Both the position numbers and the translations under genes were made by a program. Below are positions 47,483 through 57,360 of a stretch of 64,000 nucleotides of DNA, piece by piece. The number at the start of each line of letters is the position of its first letter. The stretch's first letter is position 1. The notes beneath the pieces were generated by a model, which was given only the letters and a program-made list of their open reading frames with translations, did no database searches and was not told the origin of the DNA. Origin of the DNA: Alphaproteobacteria bacterium (GTDB lineage Bacteria; Pseudomonadota; Alphaproteobacteria; Bin95); NCBI GenBank assembly GCA_965205265.1, contig CBDBGH010000003.1:4896001-4960000 (forward strand). Direction: 5' to 3'.

Positions 47483-47787
47483 GTTCTGTACAGGAAGGTT
47501 ATCCCCGTGCTCTGCCCGACCAGGAAAGGGCAACGCCTTTGCATGCGGCACGCGCTGCAATGCGGCTGGCAATCTGCCCGCCTCGCACCAGGAAATATCC
47601 CCCGACATGATCGCGCCCTGCCGCGGCGTTCCAGGTTTTTGGTCCGGTCTTCATTCTTCATGACAATATGCAACGGCTTCCTGAAAATCCCGCCTGCGGA
47701 ATCCCGGTGGCACTTTGGGATTTTCATCGCGGCAGCCCATACTGCCGGGACCGGTTCCGGAACAGGAGACAAAGGGCCTTGGAAACC

Positions 47788-48444
47788 ATGAACACCGACG
47801 ATCTGCTCGTCGCCTACAAGCAGGGCAGGCGCAATTTTCGCGGCATGCAGATCGAGCCCGGCGGCCTCCTTTTCGGCGAGTGTCTCGACGGCGCCGATTT
47901 CTCTGAATCCCGGCTGACCGGGGTCTCTTTCGATCACTGCGACCTCAACCGGACGAGTTTCCGCAACGCCGACATTTCCGGAACCGGCTTCAGTTGTTCC
48001 AGCCTTGTCGGAGCGGACATGACCGACGCCAGGGCCCGCGGCGCCGACATGTGGCAGGCCGACCTGACCCGGGCCTGCCTCGACGGCGCCGACTTCGGCC
48101 CGGAGCCGCAAGGCCTCGACGATCCAATGGACCGCGAAACACCTCCGTCGGCCTTCGGCTATGCGAGGCTGGTTCGCGCCAGCGCGCGGGGAACGCTGTT
48201 CGATGCGGCGCGCCTCGACGGCGCCGACCTGACCCATATGGACGCCACCGGCGCCAAATTCCGCCACACGGAGATGAAGGACGTCAATCTCATCGGCACC
48301 TGCATGCATGGCGCCGACCTTCAACATGCCCATCTGGCGGGGAACGTGAAGGTGGGCCTCGCCGGCACCCGGAACACCGATTTCCTCGACCCGGAGGAGC
48401 TTCCGGAAGATCTCCGGGAGCCTTCGATCCATCCCGACATCTAG
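47788..48444 (+). CDS. Pentapeptide repeat protein
   Basis: YKQGRRNF followed by repeats; acidic tail. Confidence 0.88.
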   Translation: MNTDDLLVAYKQGRRNFRGMQIEPGGLLFGECLDGADFSESRLTGVSFDHCDLNRTSFRNADISGTGFSCSSLVGADMTDARARGADMWQADLTRACLDGADFGPEPQGLDDPMDRETPPSAFGYARLVRASARGTLFDAARLDGADLTHMDATGAKFRHTEMKDVNLIGTCMHGADLQHAHLAGNVKVGLAGTRNTDFLDPEELPEDLREPSIHPDI

Positions 48445-48489
48445 GCCGCCCGCGGGCGGGATCCCCGAACGCTCCCTCGCGTTCGCCGC

Positions 48490-48966
48490 CTACCAGAGCG
48501 TCGGCCTGAAAACCATCAGCACATAGATCCCGACCAACGCGACGAACGCCGGCCACCCCAGCAGGAACCAGCGCCGCATCGCGGCAAAATAGGCCGACGG
48601 CAATCTGCATCCCGTGCGTGCCGCGGTCATGGCCATTGTCCTTATCCGGTACTGAAGCGCCACCACCACGATCCAGCACGCGACCGCCACTCCGTACAGC
48701 ACATAGCTCGCGACCAGCCAGCTCTCCAGGAGGTCGATGCCGGCCATGAGCGCGAGGGCCAGACCGGACGCCGGCTGGTAAAGCGCCGCCGGCGCCGTGA
48801 ACAGCCAGTCGGCGATGACGGTGTTGCGCGCCGCCGCCGCGATCGCCGCCGCATCGCCGCGGAGGTGGGTGCAATACAGGTGGAAGGCCGTGCCGATACC
48901 GGTGCCGAGCAGCACTGTCGCGCTCAGCATGTGGCTCCACTTTATCCAGAGCCAGGGGTCGCTCAC
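48490..48966 (-). CDS. DUF2269-like membrane protein
   Basis: HMLSATVLLGTGIG, ADWLFT, WFLLGWPAF, LMVFRP. Confidence 0.82.
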   Translation of the reverse strand: MSDPWLWIKWSHMLSATVLLGTGIGTAFHLYCTHLRGDAAAIAAAARNTVIADWLFTAPAALYQPASGLALALMAGIDLLESWLVASYVLYGVAVACWIVVVALQYRIRTMAMTAARTGCRLPSAYFAAMRRWFLLGWPAFVALVGIYVLMVFRPTLW

Positions 48967-50279
48967 CGCTCCTCCTCCAGAACGCGATGAACCGCCACGA
49001 GGACAAGGAAGGCCAGCGTCTTCATGAGGTCGGCAAGCCACACGCCCGCCGATGCCGGTGCGAACACCGCCGCCACGGCCGCATGGGCGGCGATCATCGC
49101 CGCCTGGACCCACGCCAGCTTCCCGAGTTGCCATCCGCGGAGAAGAGCGAAGGCGGCGCCAAGCCCCGTAACGGCCACCGCAATCCCGAGCCCCGTGGCC
49201 CACAAGGGCCCCGGCCCGGCCTCCCCGGCGACCGCATCGTAAGGCGGACCATGTAGTGCCGCCAGGCCGGTAATTGTCCAAAGCAGTGCCAGCACGAGAC
49301 GAATGACCGGCCGCAGCAGGAACAGGCGCGCATGCCAAAGGTCCTGGGTGCCGCCCGGACGGACGGCCAGCACCTCCCGCAGGCCTCGCAGGCGTATGCC
49401 GCAAGCCTTCTCGAACTCCCTGCCGTCGCCGGTAAGCCTCGTCCGGAATTGGGCATAGGCCGTCGAGTTCACCGGGTGCAGGCGCGCAAGGTCGCCGACC
49501 CGGGCGACGAGGGCCACGACCGGAAGCGGCAGGTGCAGCAGCGGGCGGCGCGGGAGCCCCATCCATCCACGGTAGGCCACAACCAGTTCCCGGAGCGCGA
49601 GACGGTCCGGCCCCGCCGGCTCAAGCACGGTGCACCTGCCGCTTCCGGTCCGCAGCAATTCGACGATGCCGGTCGCAAGATCCTCTGCATGGACCGTGTC
49701 CACCGGCGTGCCGCCATTGCCGATAACAGGCGTGCGGAACGGCATGGCCGCCATCGCCCGAATCAGCGAGCTGCCCCCGTAGGAGCCTTCCCCGACCACA
49801 ACGACGGGGCGCAGCACCGTCCAGTCCAGATCCCGCGCCATCAACGCCTCGTCGCCGGCGCGCTTGGACTGCGCATAGAGTGTCCGGCCTTCCTCGATAC
49901 CGACCGCGGAAATATGCACGACCCGCCGGACGCCCTGCTTCTCGCACGCGGCATACAGGGCGTCCGGCGCATGACAATGCACGGTCCAGGCCTCTGCCGA
50001 CCTGCCCGGCTGAAGGACACCGGCCGCGTTGACGACCGCGTCCACGCCGTCGAGAAGGCTTGCCCAGTGGCCGCTGTCCCGGACGGCCATGGAAGCCAGA
50101 TCGACATACCGGACATCCGCACGCGGGAATCGAAGCGCGAACCGCTTGCGGTCACGGACCGCGCACCTGGTTTCGATTCCACACCGCTGCAGTGCCGCAA
50201 CAATGGCGGAGCCGATAAAACCGGACGCCCCCAGAACCAGGACCCTCCCGCACCCGCGCTCGCGGGATCCTTCATTCAT
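48963..50279 (-). CDS. NAD-dependent epimerase/SDR with DoxX-like C-terminus
   Basis: LGASGFIG, VVNAAG, YAQSK; C-terminal TMs. Confidence 0.85.
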   Translation of the reverse strand: MNEGSRERGCGRVLVLGASGFIGSAIVAALQRCGIETRCAVRDRKRFALRFPRADVRYVDLASMAVRDSGHWASLLDGVDAVVNAAGVLQPGRSAEAWTVHCHAPDALYAACEKQGVRRVVHISAVGIEEGRTLYAQSKRAGDEALMARDLDWTVLRPVVVVGEGSYGGSSLIRAMAAMPFRTPVIGNGGTPVDTVHAEDLATGIVELLRTGSGRCTVLEPAGPDRLALRELVVAYRGWMGLPRRPLLHLPLPVVALVARVGDLARLHPVNSTAYAQFRTRLTGDGREFEKACGIRLRGLREVLAVRPGGTQDLWHARLFLLRPVIRLVLALLWTITGLAALHGPPYDAVAGEAGPGPLWATGLGIAVAVTGLGAAFALLRGWQLGKLAWVQAAMIAAHAAVAAVFAPASAGVWLADLMKTLAFLVLVAVHRVLEEER

Positions 50280-50378
50280 GGGGGGGAGGGTCCTGGTTCT
50301 GGGGGCGTCCGGTTTCTCCTGCGAGGAATCCTGACGAGCCCGCACGCCCGCGACCCGCACGGCAGCGCCGCGCGGTCC

Positions 50379-51149
50379 CTATATCTCAACGACGAGGTCC
50401 GGCACGAAATCCCTGGCCTCCTCGTTGTTTTTTCCGCGCGGATTGGCCAGCACCCGCGTCCGCCCGATGGTGAAATCCACCGCATCGTGGACATGGCCAT
50501 GGACCCAGAGCGCGGGCTGGAAGCGCCGGATCGCGTCCTCGAGGTCCGAGGCGAAGCCCGGGCTGAGCGCGTCGCCGGCGAAACGGTCATGGATCGAACG
50601 CGGGCTCGGCGCATGGTGGGTCACCACCACCGCCTCAAGGCCGTCCTTCCCGGCCTGCGCGAGCTCGGTCTCGATGAAGGCCCGGTCCCCGGCATGCCGG
50701 TGCGCGGATTCCCAGGTGGTGAAGTTCCGCCACGATGCCCCCCGGATCGACCCGGCAAAATCGTTGAGCCCCCGGCCGACGGCATCGTGGGCATACAACT
50801 CACGCGGCTCGCCGTACAGGCGGAAGTCGGTCCAGAGCGTGGCGCCGATGAATCGCACAGCGCCGACCGTGACCGCGGCCGTGTCGAGCAGGGTGACGTC
50901 CCACCTGGCGCAGTCGAGCGCCAGACTGTGCTGTGCGTCCCCGATCCGGGACCCGTAGTATTCGTGGTTGCCGGGGACATAGAGGACATGCCCCGCGTCT
51001 CCCCAGACGTCGGCCGCAAGCCCGATGAACCCCTTCTTCGCCGGCGCCAGGTCGCCCGCCAGCACGACGGCCTCCACGTCCGGGGCGAGCGGCGGGACGC
51101 CGGCATAGCGCCGTTCGAGATGGAGGTCGGAGAGCACCTGGATACGCAT
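50379..51149 (-). CDS. Metallophosphoesterase
   Basis: SDLH, AGD, GNHE, THHAP, HGHVH. Confidence 0.92.
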   Translation of the reverse strand: MRIQVLSDLHLERRYAGVPPLAPDVEAVVLAGDLAPAKKGFIGLAADVWGDAGHVLYVPGNHEYYGSRIGDAQHSLALDCARWDVTLLDTAAVTVGAVRFIGATLWTDFRLYGEPRELYAHDAVGRGLNDFAGSIRGASWRNFTTWESAHRHAGDRAFIETELAQAGKDGLEAVVVTHHAPSPRSIHDRFAGDALSPGFASDLEDAIRRFQPALWVHGHVHDAVDFTIGRTRVLANPRGKNNEEARDFVPDLVVEI

Positions 51150-51277
51150 GGGACAGGCCTTCTGGGAGACTCCGGGTCAAATCCCGGGCATGTGGAGATA
51201 GGACTCCGGGACGGGATTGCCAGTCCCGGCCACGGATACGGAGGCCCCGGATGGGGCGCTCAGGGAAGCCGGATGCC

Positions 51278-52381
51278 CTACAGTCCCGGCTCGGGAACCG
51301 CGGACGCCTTTCCCCGCCGGGGGCCGGCCAGGGCCTGCCGGAACCACCGGTAAAGGTCTCGGTCTATCCTGGGAGAGGGATGCGCGGCTCCCGCATCGAC
51401 CAGATCGGACACGGTCCGTCCGCCACTGTCCGGCAGATCGCGGTCCGCGCCGTGTTCCAGGAGCGTCTGCACCACCTGGGGATGTCGGCGCCAGACTGCA
51501 TGGTGCAGGGCCGTCCAGCCTCTCTTGTCCTGCCTGTCCGGATCGGCCCCGGCCGCCAGCAGGTCCCGGACATCGTCCAGCACCGTTTCTCCCGAAGCCC
51601 CGATCACCCGCATGATCGCGGTCTGGCCGTCACTGTCCCCGATATCCGGATCGGCCCCGGCCTCGAGCAGGGCCCCCATTGCGCCGCTGTTTCCCCGGCA
51701 AGCGGCCTCGAGGAGGGCGGTCCGGCGCTCGAATCCTCCGGTTTCGTTGAGGTCCGCGCCGAATTCGATCAGATGACGGACCGTCCAGGCCTGTCCGGTC
51801 CGGTCCGTCTGCGCCGCCAGCATGAGAGCTGTCTTGCCTCTGCCGTTGATCGAAGGCGCCCTGGCCCCGGGATCGGCGCCTGCATCCAGAAGCATCTCCA
51901 CAACCAGTTCCCGACGGTCGGGACTGGACCGGCAGACAGCCTGATGGAGGGCGGTCTCTCCCCGGCCCCGCGCCGCATCGGGTCTGGCGCCGGCGTCGAT
52001 CAGCACCTGAACGACCTCCGGCTCGTTTCCGCGCGCCGCCAGGCGTAACGGCGTGCTCCCCTGTTCGCCGACGGCCTCGACATCCGCCCCGGCCTCGATC
52101 AGGGCCACGGAGATGGCGGCCTCGTCGTTACCTTCCGCCGCCAGATGCAGGGGCGTCTGGCTCAGGACCGTCCTCGCCGCCACGGATGCGCCGGCTTCGA
52201 GCAGAATGCCGATAACCGCGCTGTCGCTGGCTGCAGCCGCCGCCAGGTGCAACGGCGTTCGTCCGAGATGGTCCGCGGCCTTGGGGTCGGCGCCGGCGGC
52301 CAGCGCCTGCCGGACCTTCTCCGGCGAGGCATTGGCAAAGAACCCTTTCGTGCCCCATGTAGCGTCAGACATCTCACTCAC
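51278..52381 (-). CDS. Ankyrin repeat protein
   Basis: Repeated G.TPLH.AA...LL.AGAD; tail PEPGL. Confidence 0.92.
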   Translation of the reverse strand: MSEMSDATWGTKGFFANASPEKVRQALAAGADPKAADHLGRTPLHLAAAAASDSAVIGILLEAGASVAARTVLSQTPLHLAAEGNDEAAISVALIEAGADVEAVGEQGSTPLRLAARGNEPEVVQVLIDAGARPDAARGRGETALHQAVCRSSPDRRELVVEMLLDAGADPGARAPSINGRGKTALMLAAQTDRTGQAWTVRHLIEFGADLNETGGFERRTALLEAACRGNSGAMGALLEAGADPDIGDSDGQTAIMRVIGASGETVLDDVRDLLAAGADPDRQDKRGWTALHHAVWRRHPQVVQTLLEHGADRDLPDSGGRTVSDLVDAGAAHPSPRIDRDLYRWFRQALAGPRRGKASAVPEPGL

Positions 52382-52467
52382 CTATTCGTGTGTCCTGCCA
52401 TGTTACCGCACCGTCCTGAAATAGCCGAAATGCTCCCAAACCCGCCGCAGGGCGCGGGAGCCTGCCA

Positions 52468-53139
52468 TCACGGCTGGCTCCCCTGCGGTGCGGCCGCCGG
52501 ATCGCCTGCTGTCTGCTCCGGGTCTCCGGTGCGAATGGCCTCCGGCCACAGCTTGACGAGCCTCCGGTTGCGCTCTTCCGTCGAATACCCGTAGCCGCAG
52601 TCCTCAAGGCCGGCACCCACGCCATATCCCGACCAGCCGGCCCAGACCGTGCCATCCGGCTGCGCCAGGCGCGCATAGATGTAGAGGTTATCCTCCTCGA
52701 CCCACAGCACTTCGAGGCGGCTGCCGTCCGGGAAGGCAAAGGCCGCGACCTCACGGTCCACGTTGCCTTCCGCCCAATCCACCGGATTGAGCGCAGGTGC
52801 GATGGGCTTTCCCTCGGAATTCTCCCGCGCTATCAGCGCCTCTGGAAGATCCACCCCATGGGACAGGAGGTCGATCTCCCGCCCGTCAAGCCAAGCCGTT
52901 ACCGCGTAGCTCTTGTAGAGCCCGACATGGAGACGGCCGTCGCCAAGCACGACATGTCCGTTCGGACTCTCGTTCCTGAGCTTGTAGCCTTCCTCCGCTC
53001 CGATCCCCTGGGCGGCGAATGCAAACCCCGGATACGTTCCGGGGACCGTAAAGGCCCGATCGGTGAGAACGGCATCGCTGCGGTCCACGATACGCCTGCC
53101 GTTGCGAAAGGCGTATCCACCATAGTCCGAATATGCCAT
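52468..53139 (-). CDS. Hypothetical protein
   Basis: GGAGG RBS; MAYSDYGGYAF; SGYGVGAG. Confidence 0.7.
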   Translation of the reverse strand: MAYSDYGGYAFRNGRRIVDRSDAVLTDRAFTVPGTYPGFAFAAQGIGAEEGYKLRNESPNGHVVLGDGRLHVGLYKSYAVTAWLDGREIDLLSHGVDLPEALIARENSEGKPIAPALNPVDWAEGNVDREVAAFAFPDGSRLEVLWVEEDNLYIYARLAQPDGTVWAGWSGYGVGAGLEDCGYGYSTEERNRRLVKLWPEAIRTGDPEQTAGDPAAAPQGSQP

Positions 53140-53175
53140 CGGGATTTTCCTCCGACCCTGTTCGCGACGCGCCTT

Positions 53176-54300
53176 CTACCCGCGTTCCAGCGACGCCACC
53201 AATTCCCTGACCTGGCCCAGGCCGGGTTCATCCCCCTCCTTCGCCAGAAGGAACAGGGCATCCGCATCCACGCGCTGCTCCGGGGCGGCGTTGACAACCA
53301 CGTCCTCGCCGCCGGCCGGCACATAACCGAGCAAGGTGCCGAAGCCGGCGCGCATGAACGAGCACACCGCCTCGCGCCACTGCACATCCTCGATGTCGAC
53401 ATCGTATCGCAGACACTCGTCACCCCGGTGCGTGAAGAGGTTCTCAAGGATTTGCTCCGAACCCGGCGCGTTCAGCGCACGCACGAGCATACCCGGATAG
53501 CCGCGCATCGGACGCATCACCGTTTGCGCCCAGGGGCGCAAACGGTCTCGATTGCGGTCGTCCACGCATTCGACGAGGACCGGCGCGGCAGTGAATGCGG
53601 AAGACTCTATTCCCCGTATGCGGTGCAGCAGATCGAAGGCCAGGGCGTCCGAGGCCGGGTCCTTCTCGTCCGCAGCGAGAAGGACCACGGCCGCTGCCTC
53701 GTCCACCGCGGCATCCTTCAACCGTTCCTCATTGTATGGCAGACCGTGGACATGCCGCACGCCCAGCGCGGCAATCTCGGCCGGCAGGCCCTGCGGCCAG
53801 CACTCCGAGACCAGGACGATATCGCGGTCGCGGCCCCACTCGGTTTCCCGGAGCTGCGTCAGAAGCAGCCGGAAATAGGTCTCCGCCCCGCCGTTCGGCG
53901 CATTGGCGATTACCAGATGGTCCTTCATTCTCCACCTCCAGCGGCCGCGCTCCCGGAGCGCGCGCCGGTCTGCGCGATACTCGAAATAATCCGCGGCGCC
54001 CTTGCCCAGCACGAATATCCCGCCGCCATACAGAAGCAGCGCCGTGGCCCATCGGCCTTCCGCAGTGGCGGCCGACAGGTCGCCATAGCCGACCGTCGTC
54101 ATGGTCGTCGCCGTGAGCCAGAGGGCATCCCCGACCGACAGGCCTTCAAAGGCCGACATCGCTGCGACATGCGCGACCGAAATGGCCGCCAGCCACAGGA
54201 CCAACCGCAAGAGCGACCTTCTTGCGGCGCCGAGGCCCGGCAGGGGCCCCCGGCACCGGCGGCGACGCCGCAGCCTTTGCAGGAATACCGGGACTACCAT
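53176..54300 (-). CDS. Potassium channel with RCK domain
   Basis: TMTTVGYGD filter followed by RCK-like domain. Confidence 0.88.
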   Translation of the reverse strand: MVVPVFLQRLRRRRRCRGPLPGLGAARRSLLRLVLWLAAISVAHVAAMSAFEGLSVGDALWLTATTMTTVGYGDLSAATAEGRWATALLLYGGGIFVLGKGAADYFEYRADRRALRERGRWRWRMKDHLVIANAPNGGAETYFRLLLTQLRETEWGRDRDIVLVSECWPQGLPAEIAALGVRHVHGLPYNEERLKDAAVDEAAAVVLLAADEKDPASDALAFDLLHRIRGIESSAFTAAPVLVECVDDRNRDRLRPWAQTVMRPMRGYPGMLVRALNAPGSEQILENLFTHRGDECLRYDVDIEDVQWREAVCSFMRAGFGTLLGYVPAGGEDVVVNAAPEQRVDADALFLLAKEGDEPGLGQVRELVASLERG

Positions 54301-54316
54301 TGGTACCACCCGCCCC

Positions 54317-54916
54317 TCATCTTGTCCTGGCCAGAAGGTTGACCCAGCGGCCATCAGGATCCGGTGCCCCGCCCAGGGCGGTCCGCCAGATGTCCAGGAT
54401 GTCGAAGAGACCCAGATACGCAAGCAATCCGCGCAGGCGCTCCTCGGTGATGTCGTGATGGAAACGCCCTTCCCCGTCGTAACGCTCGCCCTCGCCATGC
54501 TTCATGCAGCAATAGAAGGCTCCTCCCGGCCGCAGGGCACGATGCACGCGCCACAACACGACCGGCAACTGCCGCTTCGGCACATGCAGCAACGACCCCA
54601 TCGCCCAGACCCCGTCGAAATACCGGAAGTAGCCCATGTCCTGGGCCCGTTCGACGCGCGCCGCCCGGCCGGTCAGCCCGGTCGTTATCCGGCACATGCG
54701 CTCCGAAGCGTCAATGGGCGTCACATCGAACCCCGCCCGGATCATGGCGAGCGTGTCACGGCCCGACCCGCAGCCGAGGTCGAGCACATGGCCGCCCGCC
54801 TTCACAAGCGCCGTGAACCTGTCGATCAGGCGGGACATGTCCAGGTCCCGTGTCCTGGCCGCGAATTCATCGCCATGCTCATCGTACCACGCCGCCGGAT
54901 CGGCATGATCCGCCAT
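54317..54916 (-). CDS. Class I SAM-dependent methyltransferase
   Basis: VLDLGCGSGRD, GSLLH, LRPGG. Confidence 0.88.
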   Translation of the reverse strand: MADHADPAAWYDEHGDEFAARTRDLDMSRLIDRFTALVKAGGHVLDLGCGSGRDTLAMIRAGFDVTPIDASERMCRITTGLTGRAARVERAQDMGYFRYFDGVWAMGSLLHVPKRQLPVVLWRVHRALRPGGAFYCCMKHGEGERYDGEGRFHHDITEERLRGLLAYLGLFDILDIWRTALGGAPDPDGRWVNLLARTR

Positions 54917-54953
54917 CGCACACCCTCCGCAAACCGCGGAATAGAGAAGAACT

Positions 54954-55006
54954 ATTCTATGTCTAACTGATTATCAAGTCAATCTGATTGCCTTTGCAAT
55001 CCATAC
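54954..55006 (-). promoter_or_regulatory. Promoter P5 with tandem operator variants
   Basis: TTGACT-17-TAGAAT; TAACTGATTA-N6-CAATCTGATT. Confidence 0.68.
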
Positions 55007-55054
55007 AGCCTGCCGGATCATGGAATGACAGGGCACAGCGGGGCCGGGCGCCGC

Positions 55055-55318
55055 TCAGGCAAGACCGGTCGCCACGACCGCCCCGCGTTCCCGACACAGC
55101 AGAACGGGACACCCCCGTTCCCTTGAAACCTCGTTGAACTTCCTGACCACATGTTCCTGGAGATCGATCCCCGCATGCGCCGCGAGGCTGAAGGCTTCAC
55201 CGCACTCGCCGGCCAGGGCGTTCCCCCAGTCGGAAAACGTCCACCGCCGGGTTCCCGGCGGATGAAAGAACTCGATCCGGGCTGCCTGCGCCCGCGCAAA
55301 CGTCTCGAAGCTGAGCAT
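55055..55318 (-). pseudogene. MazG-like NTP pyrophosphatase, apparent internal deletion
   Basis: WGNALAGECGEA joined directly to LAAHAGIDL..KFNEVS. Confidence 0.55.
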
Positions 55319-55387
55319 CGCCAACCTTCTCCTCGGTATCTCTCCGCTTGGCGGCTGTCCGCAGGGCCAGCGACACATCGGCCCCGG

Positions 55388-56233
55388 TCAAGGCGAAAAA
55401 CCGACCTCCTCCATCGCCGGCATGCCGGCGCCGTAGTCCTCGATCACCGACACCACCTCCCTGTGATACCCGTCCAGGGCGGGCTCCAGGGCGTTCAGCA
55501 CGACGGCCGCATCCACGCCCGGAAGAACGGAAGACCTTTCCAGAACCTTCGGACCGCCCGGGTCCTGAAGGTCCCTCATCGTCAGCGTCCATCCCTTCTC
55601 CTGCGTGTCGAGAGTCCATATCTCGGCCACGCCCAGGCGGCTGCACATATCCCGCACCTTGGCCGCATCGTGGGAAGCGTCGCTGCGTTCCACCTCAACG
55701 ACCAGATCCGGCGGCACACGCCTTTCGAACGCCTCGATCCCCGCCCCACCGGTTTCCCTGGACAGGCGCCTGACATTGTCGCCGACATAATATGAGAGCG
55801 GCGGCACCAGCGCGCTGTGTTCCGGGGCGTCGGGGAAGGCCATCTCCTGCCGGAAGCGGCGCGCCAGCCAAAAGGCGGACTCCTGCCGCCCCAGCATCGA
55901 GAATATGAGATCCAGCCCCGTCCTGATTCTATCGTGGCGAGCAGACGGAAAGCGCATCTCCACCCAGCCCTCCGTCGTGTCGATCAGGACGTTGCCATCG
56001 GCAAGAATCCCGCCTGCCCTCGCGTTGAACGCACCCAGGTTGCCCGAGTGCAGCATCCCTTCGCGCCGCAAATCCTCCGGCGTCAGCCGGCCCGATGGCG
56101 CCTCCCTTCCGGCAAGCCGGTAGAGAAGGTCGAAATCGTTTTCGCGAATGCGTTCCAGAAGAACACCGGCCATGTCCGGTCCGACACAGACACGGACAAA
56201 TTCGGACCCCGACGTCCCCGTCGTCCTTTGCAC
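55388..56233 (-). CDS. Uma2-family PD-(D/E)XK protein
   Basis: PSARHD, PPDLVVEV, LGVAEIW, RSSVLPG; tail EEVGFSP. Confidence 0.75.
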   Translation of the reverse strand: MQRTTGTSGSEFVRVCVGPDMAGVLLERIRENDFDLLYRLAGREAPSGRLTPEDLRREGMLHSGNLGAFNARAGGILADGNVLIDTTEGWVEMRFPSARHDRIRTGLDLIFSMLGRQESAFWLARRFRQEMAFPDAPEHSALVPPLSYYVGDNVRRLSRETGGAGIEAFERRVPPDLVVEVERSDASHDAAKVRDMCSRLGVAEIWTLDTQEKGWTLTMRDLQDPGGPKVLERSSVLPGVDAAVVLNALEPALDGYHREVVSVIEDYGAGMPAMEEVGFSP

Positions 56234-56316
56234 CGCCTCCTCCTTCCCGGAGAACCGTGCCTCATCGTTCGGATGATCGGCCCGCCTCTCTCCCAAAGTG
56301 TCTTTCGCAGCCCCCG

Positions 56317-57210
56317 CTACGGTTGCGGACCGTCCTCGCCGGGCCCGGCGATTGCCGGCCGGACCGCCGCGGGAGTCTCGATATAGCGTTCGTCCCTGAA
56401 CTCCTCGACGCCGCGCCGGAAATGCACCTCCATGCCTTCCGCAGTAATGCGCAGGGTTCCGGATCCGCCGAGATCGTTCCACCAGCCGGGGAACCTGGCC
56501 TGAAGCAAATTCCAGGCAACATGCCGGATCAGCGCGCCGAAGGTCTCCGGATCCCGCTCCGTCACGACCCAGTCGTCACGACCCTCGTCCCAGCGAACAC
56601 CCCGCAGCCCGGCGCATTGCGCATTCAGGTTGCCGCCCGGAAGAAGCCTTACCGCCTGAACAGCTCCATCGTCCGATTCACCGGCAACCTCGATCTCGAT
56701 CGCCTGGACGGCGTCCAGGGCCATCCTCTCCATGACCACTCCGAGATTGTGGCGGGCAGCGAGGTCGACCGCGGTCCGCCAGCGCTCCTCGCTTCGTTCC
56801 TGTTCCCGGTCGTAGGCCTCGCGCTCTGCATCGGGAGGCTCGCGCAGCCAGTTTTCCCACGCCGGCCCGGTTCCCTCCAGGCCGAAGAGGAACGACGAAA
56901 CGTACATGTTCTGCGGCCAGAACTCGACCGCCGCCGGACCTCCGTTCCCACCCGCCGCCGGGTCGGCCTGGGCGACAACCCGGAACTCGTTGTTGCTCTC
57001 CTTGTCGGCGGACACCAGAGCCCCGCCGTCATCGAGGGCCATCTCATACTCCGCCATCTCCGCTAAGGTCAGGGCGGGCCCGGGCTTGATAGCCCGCACG
57101 AGCGCGCTGACACCAGCCCCGTCCGGGGCGCCGGCCAGGTTGTAAACCTCGCCGTCCTCGACCAGGAACACGGATCCCAGATCGTCCTCGTAAATCCGCC
57201 TCATCGCCAT
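56317..57210 (-). CDS. Hypothetical protein, DUF6878-like C-terminal half
   Basis: AGESDDG, PGWWNDLGGSG; tail GEDGPQP. Confidence 0.65.
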   Translation of the reverse strand: MAMRRIYEDDLGSVFLVEDGEVYNLAGAPDGAGVSALVRAIKPGPALTLAEMAEYEMALDDGGALVSADKESNNEFRVVAQADPAAGGNGGPAAVEFWPQNMYVSSFLFGLEGTGPAWENWLREPPDAEREAYDREQERSEERWRTAVDLAARHNLGVVMERMALDAVQAIEIEVAGESDDGAVQAVRLLPGGNLNAQCAGLRGVRWDEGRDDWVVTERDPETFGALIRHVAWNLLQARFPGWWNDLGGSGTLRITAEGMEVHFRRGVEEFRDERYIETPAAVRPAIAGPGEDGPQP

Positions 57211-57299
57211 GGCAGGAAAACTCCCGTCTGACCGTCCCGTCAGGGGCATACTGCGCGATATCCGTGAAAACCCCCAACCGACGGAACCGCCTCTGCCAT

Positions 57300-57360
57300 A
57301 AGCCTCTTCTTCAATGATGTGGTGGAAGCCGCAATGACCGATGGGCCATTCCTTCAATGA
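57300..57360 (-). repeat. CRISPR-repeat-like cluster B
   Basis: Two TCATTGAAG; shares GTCATTGCGG and AAGAGGCTT with cluster A. Confidence 0.4.
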
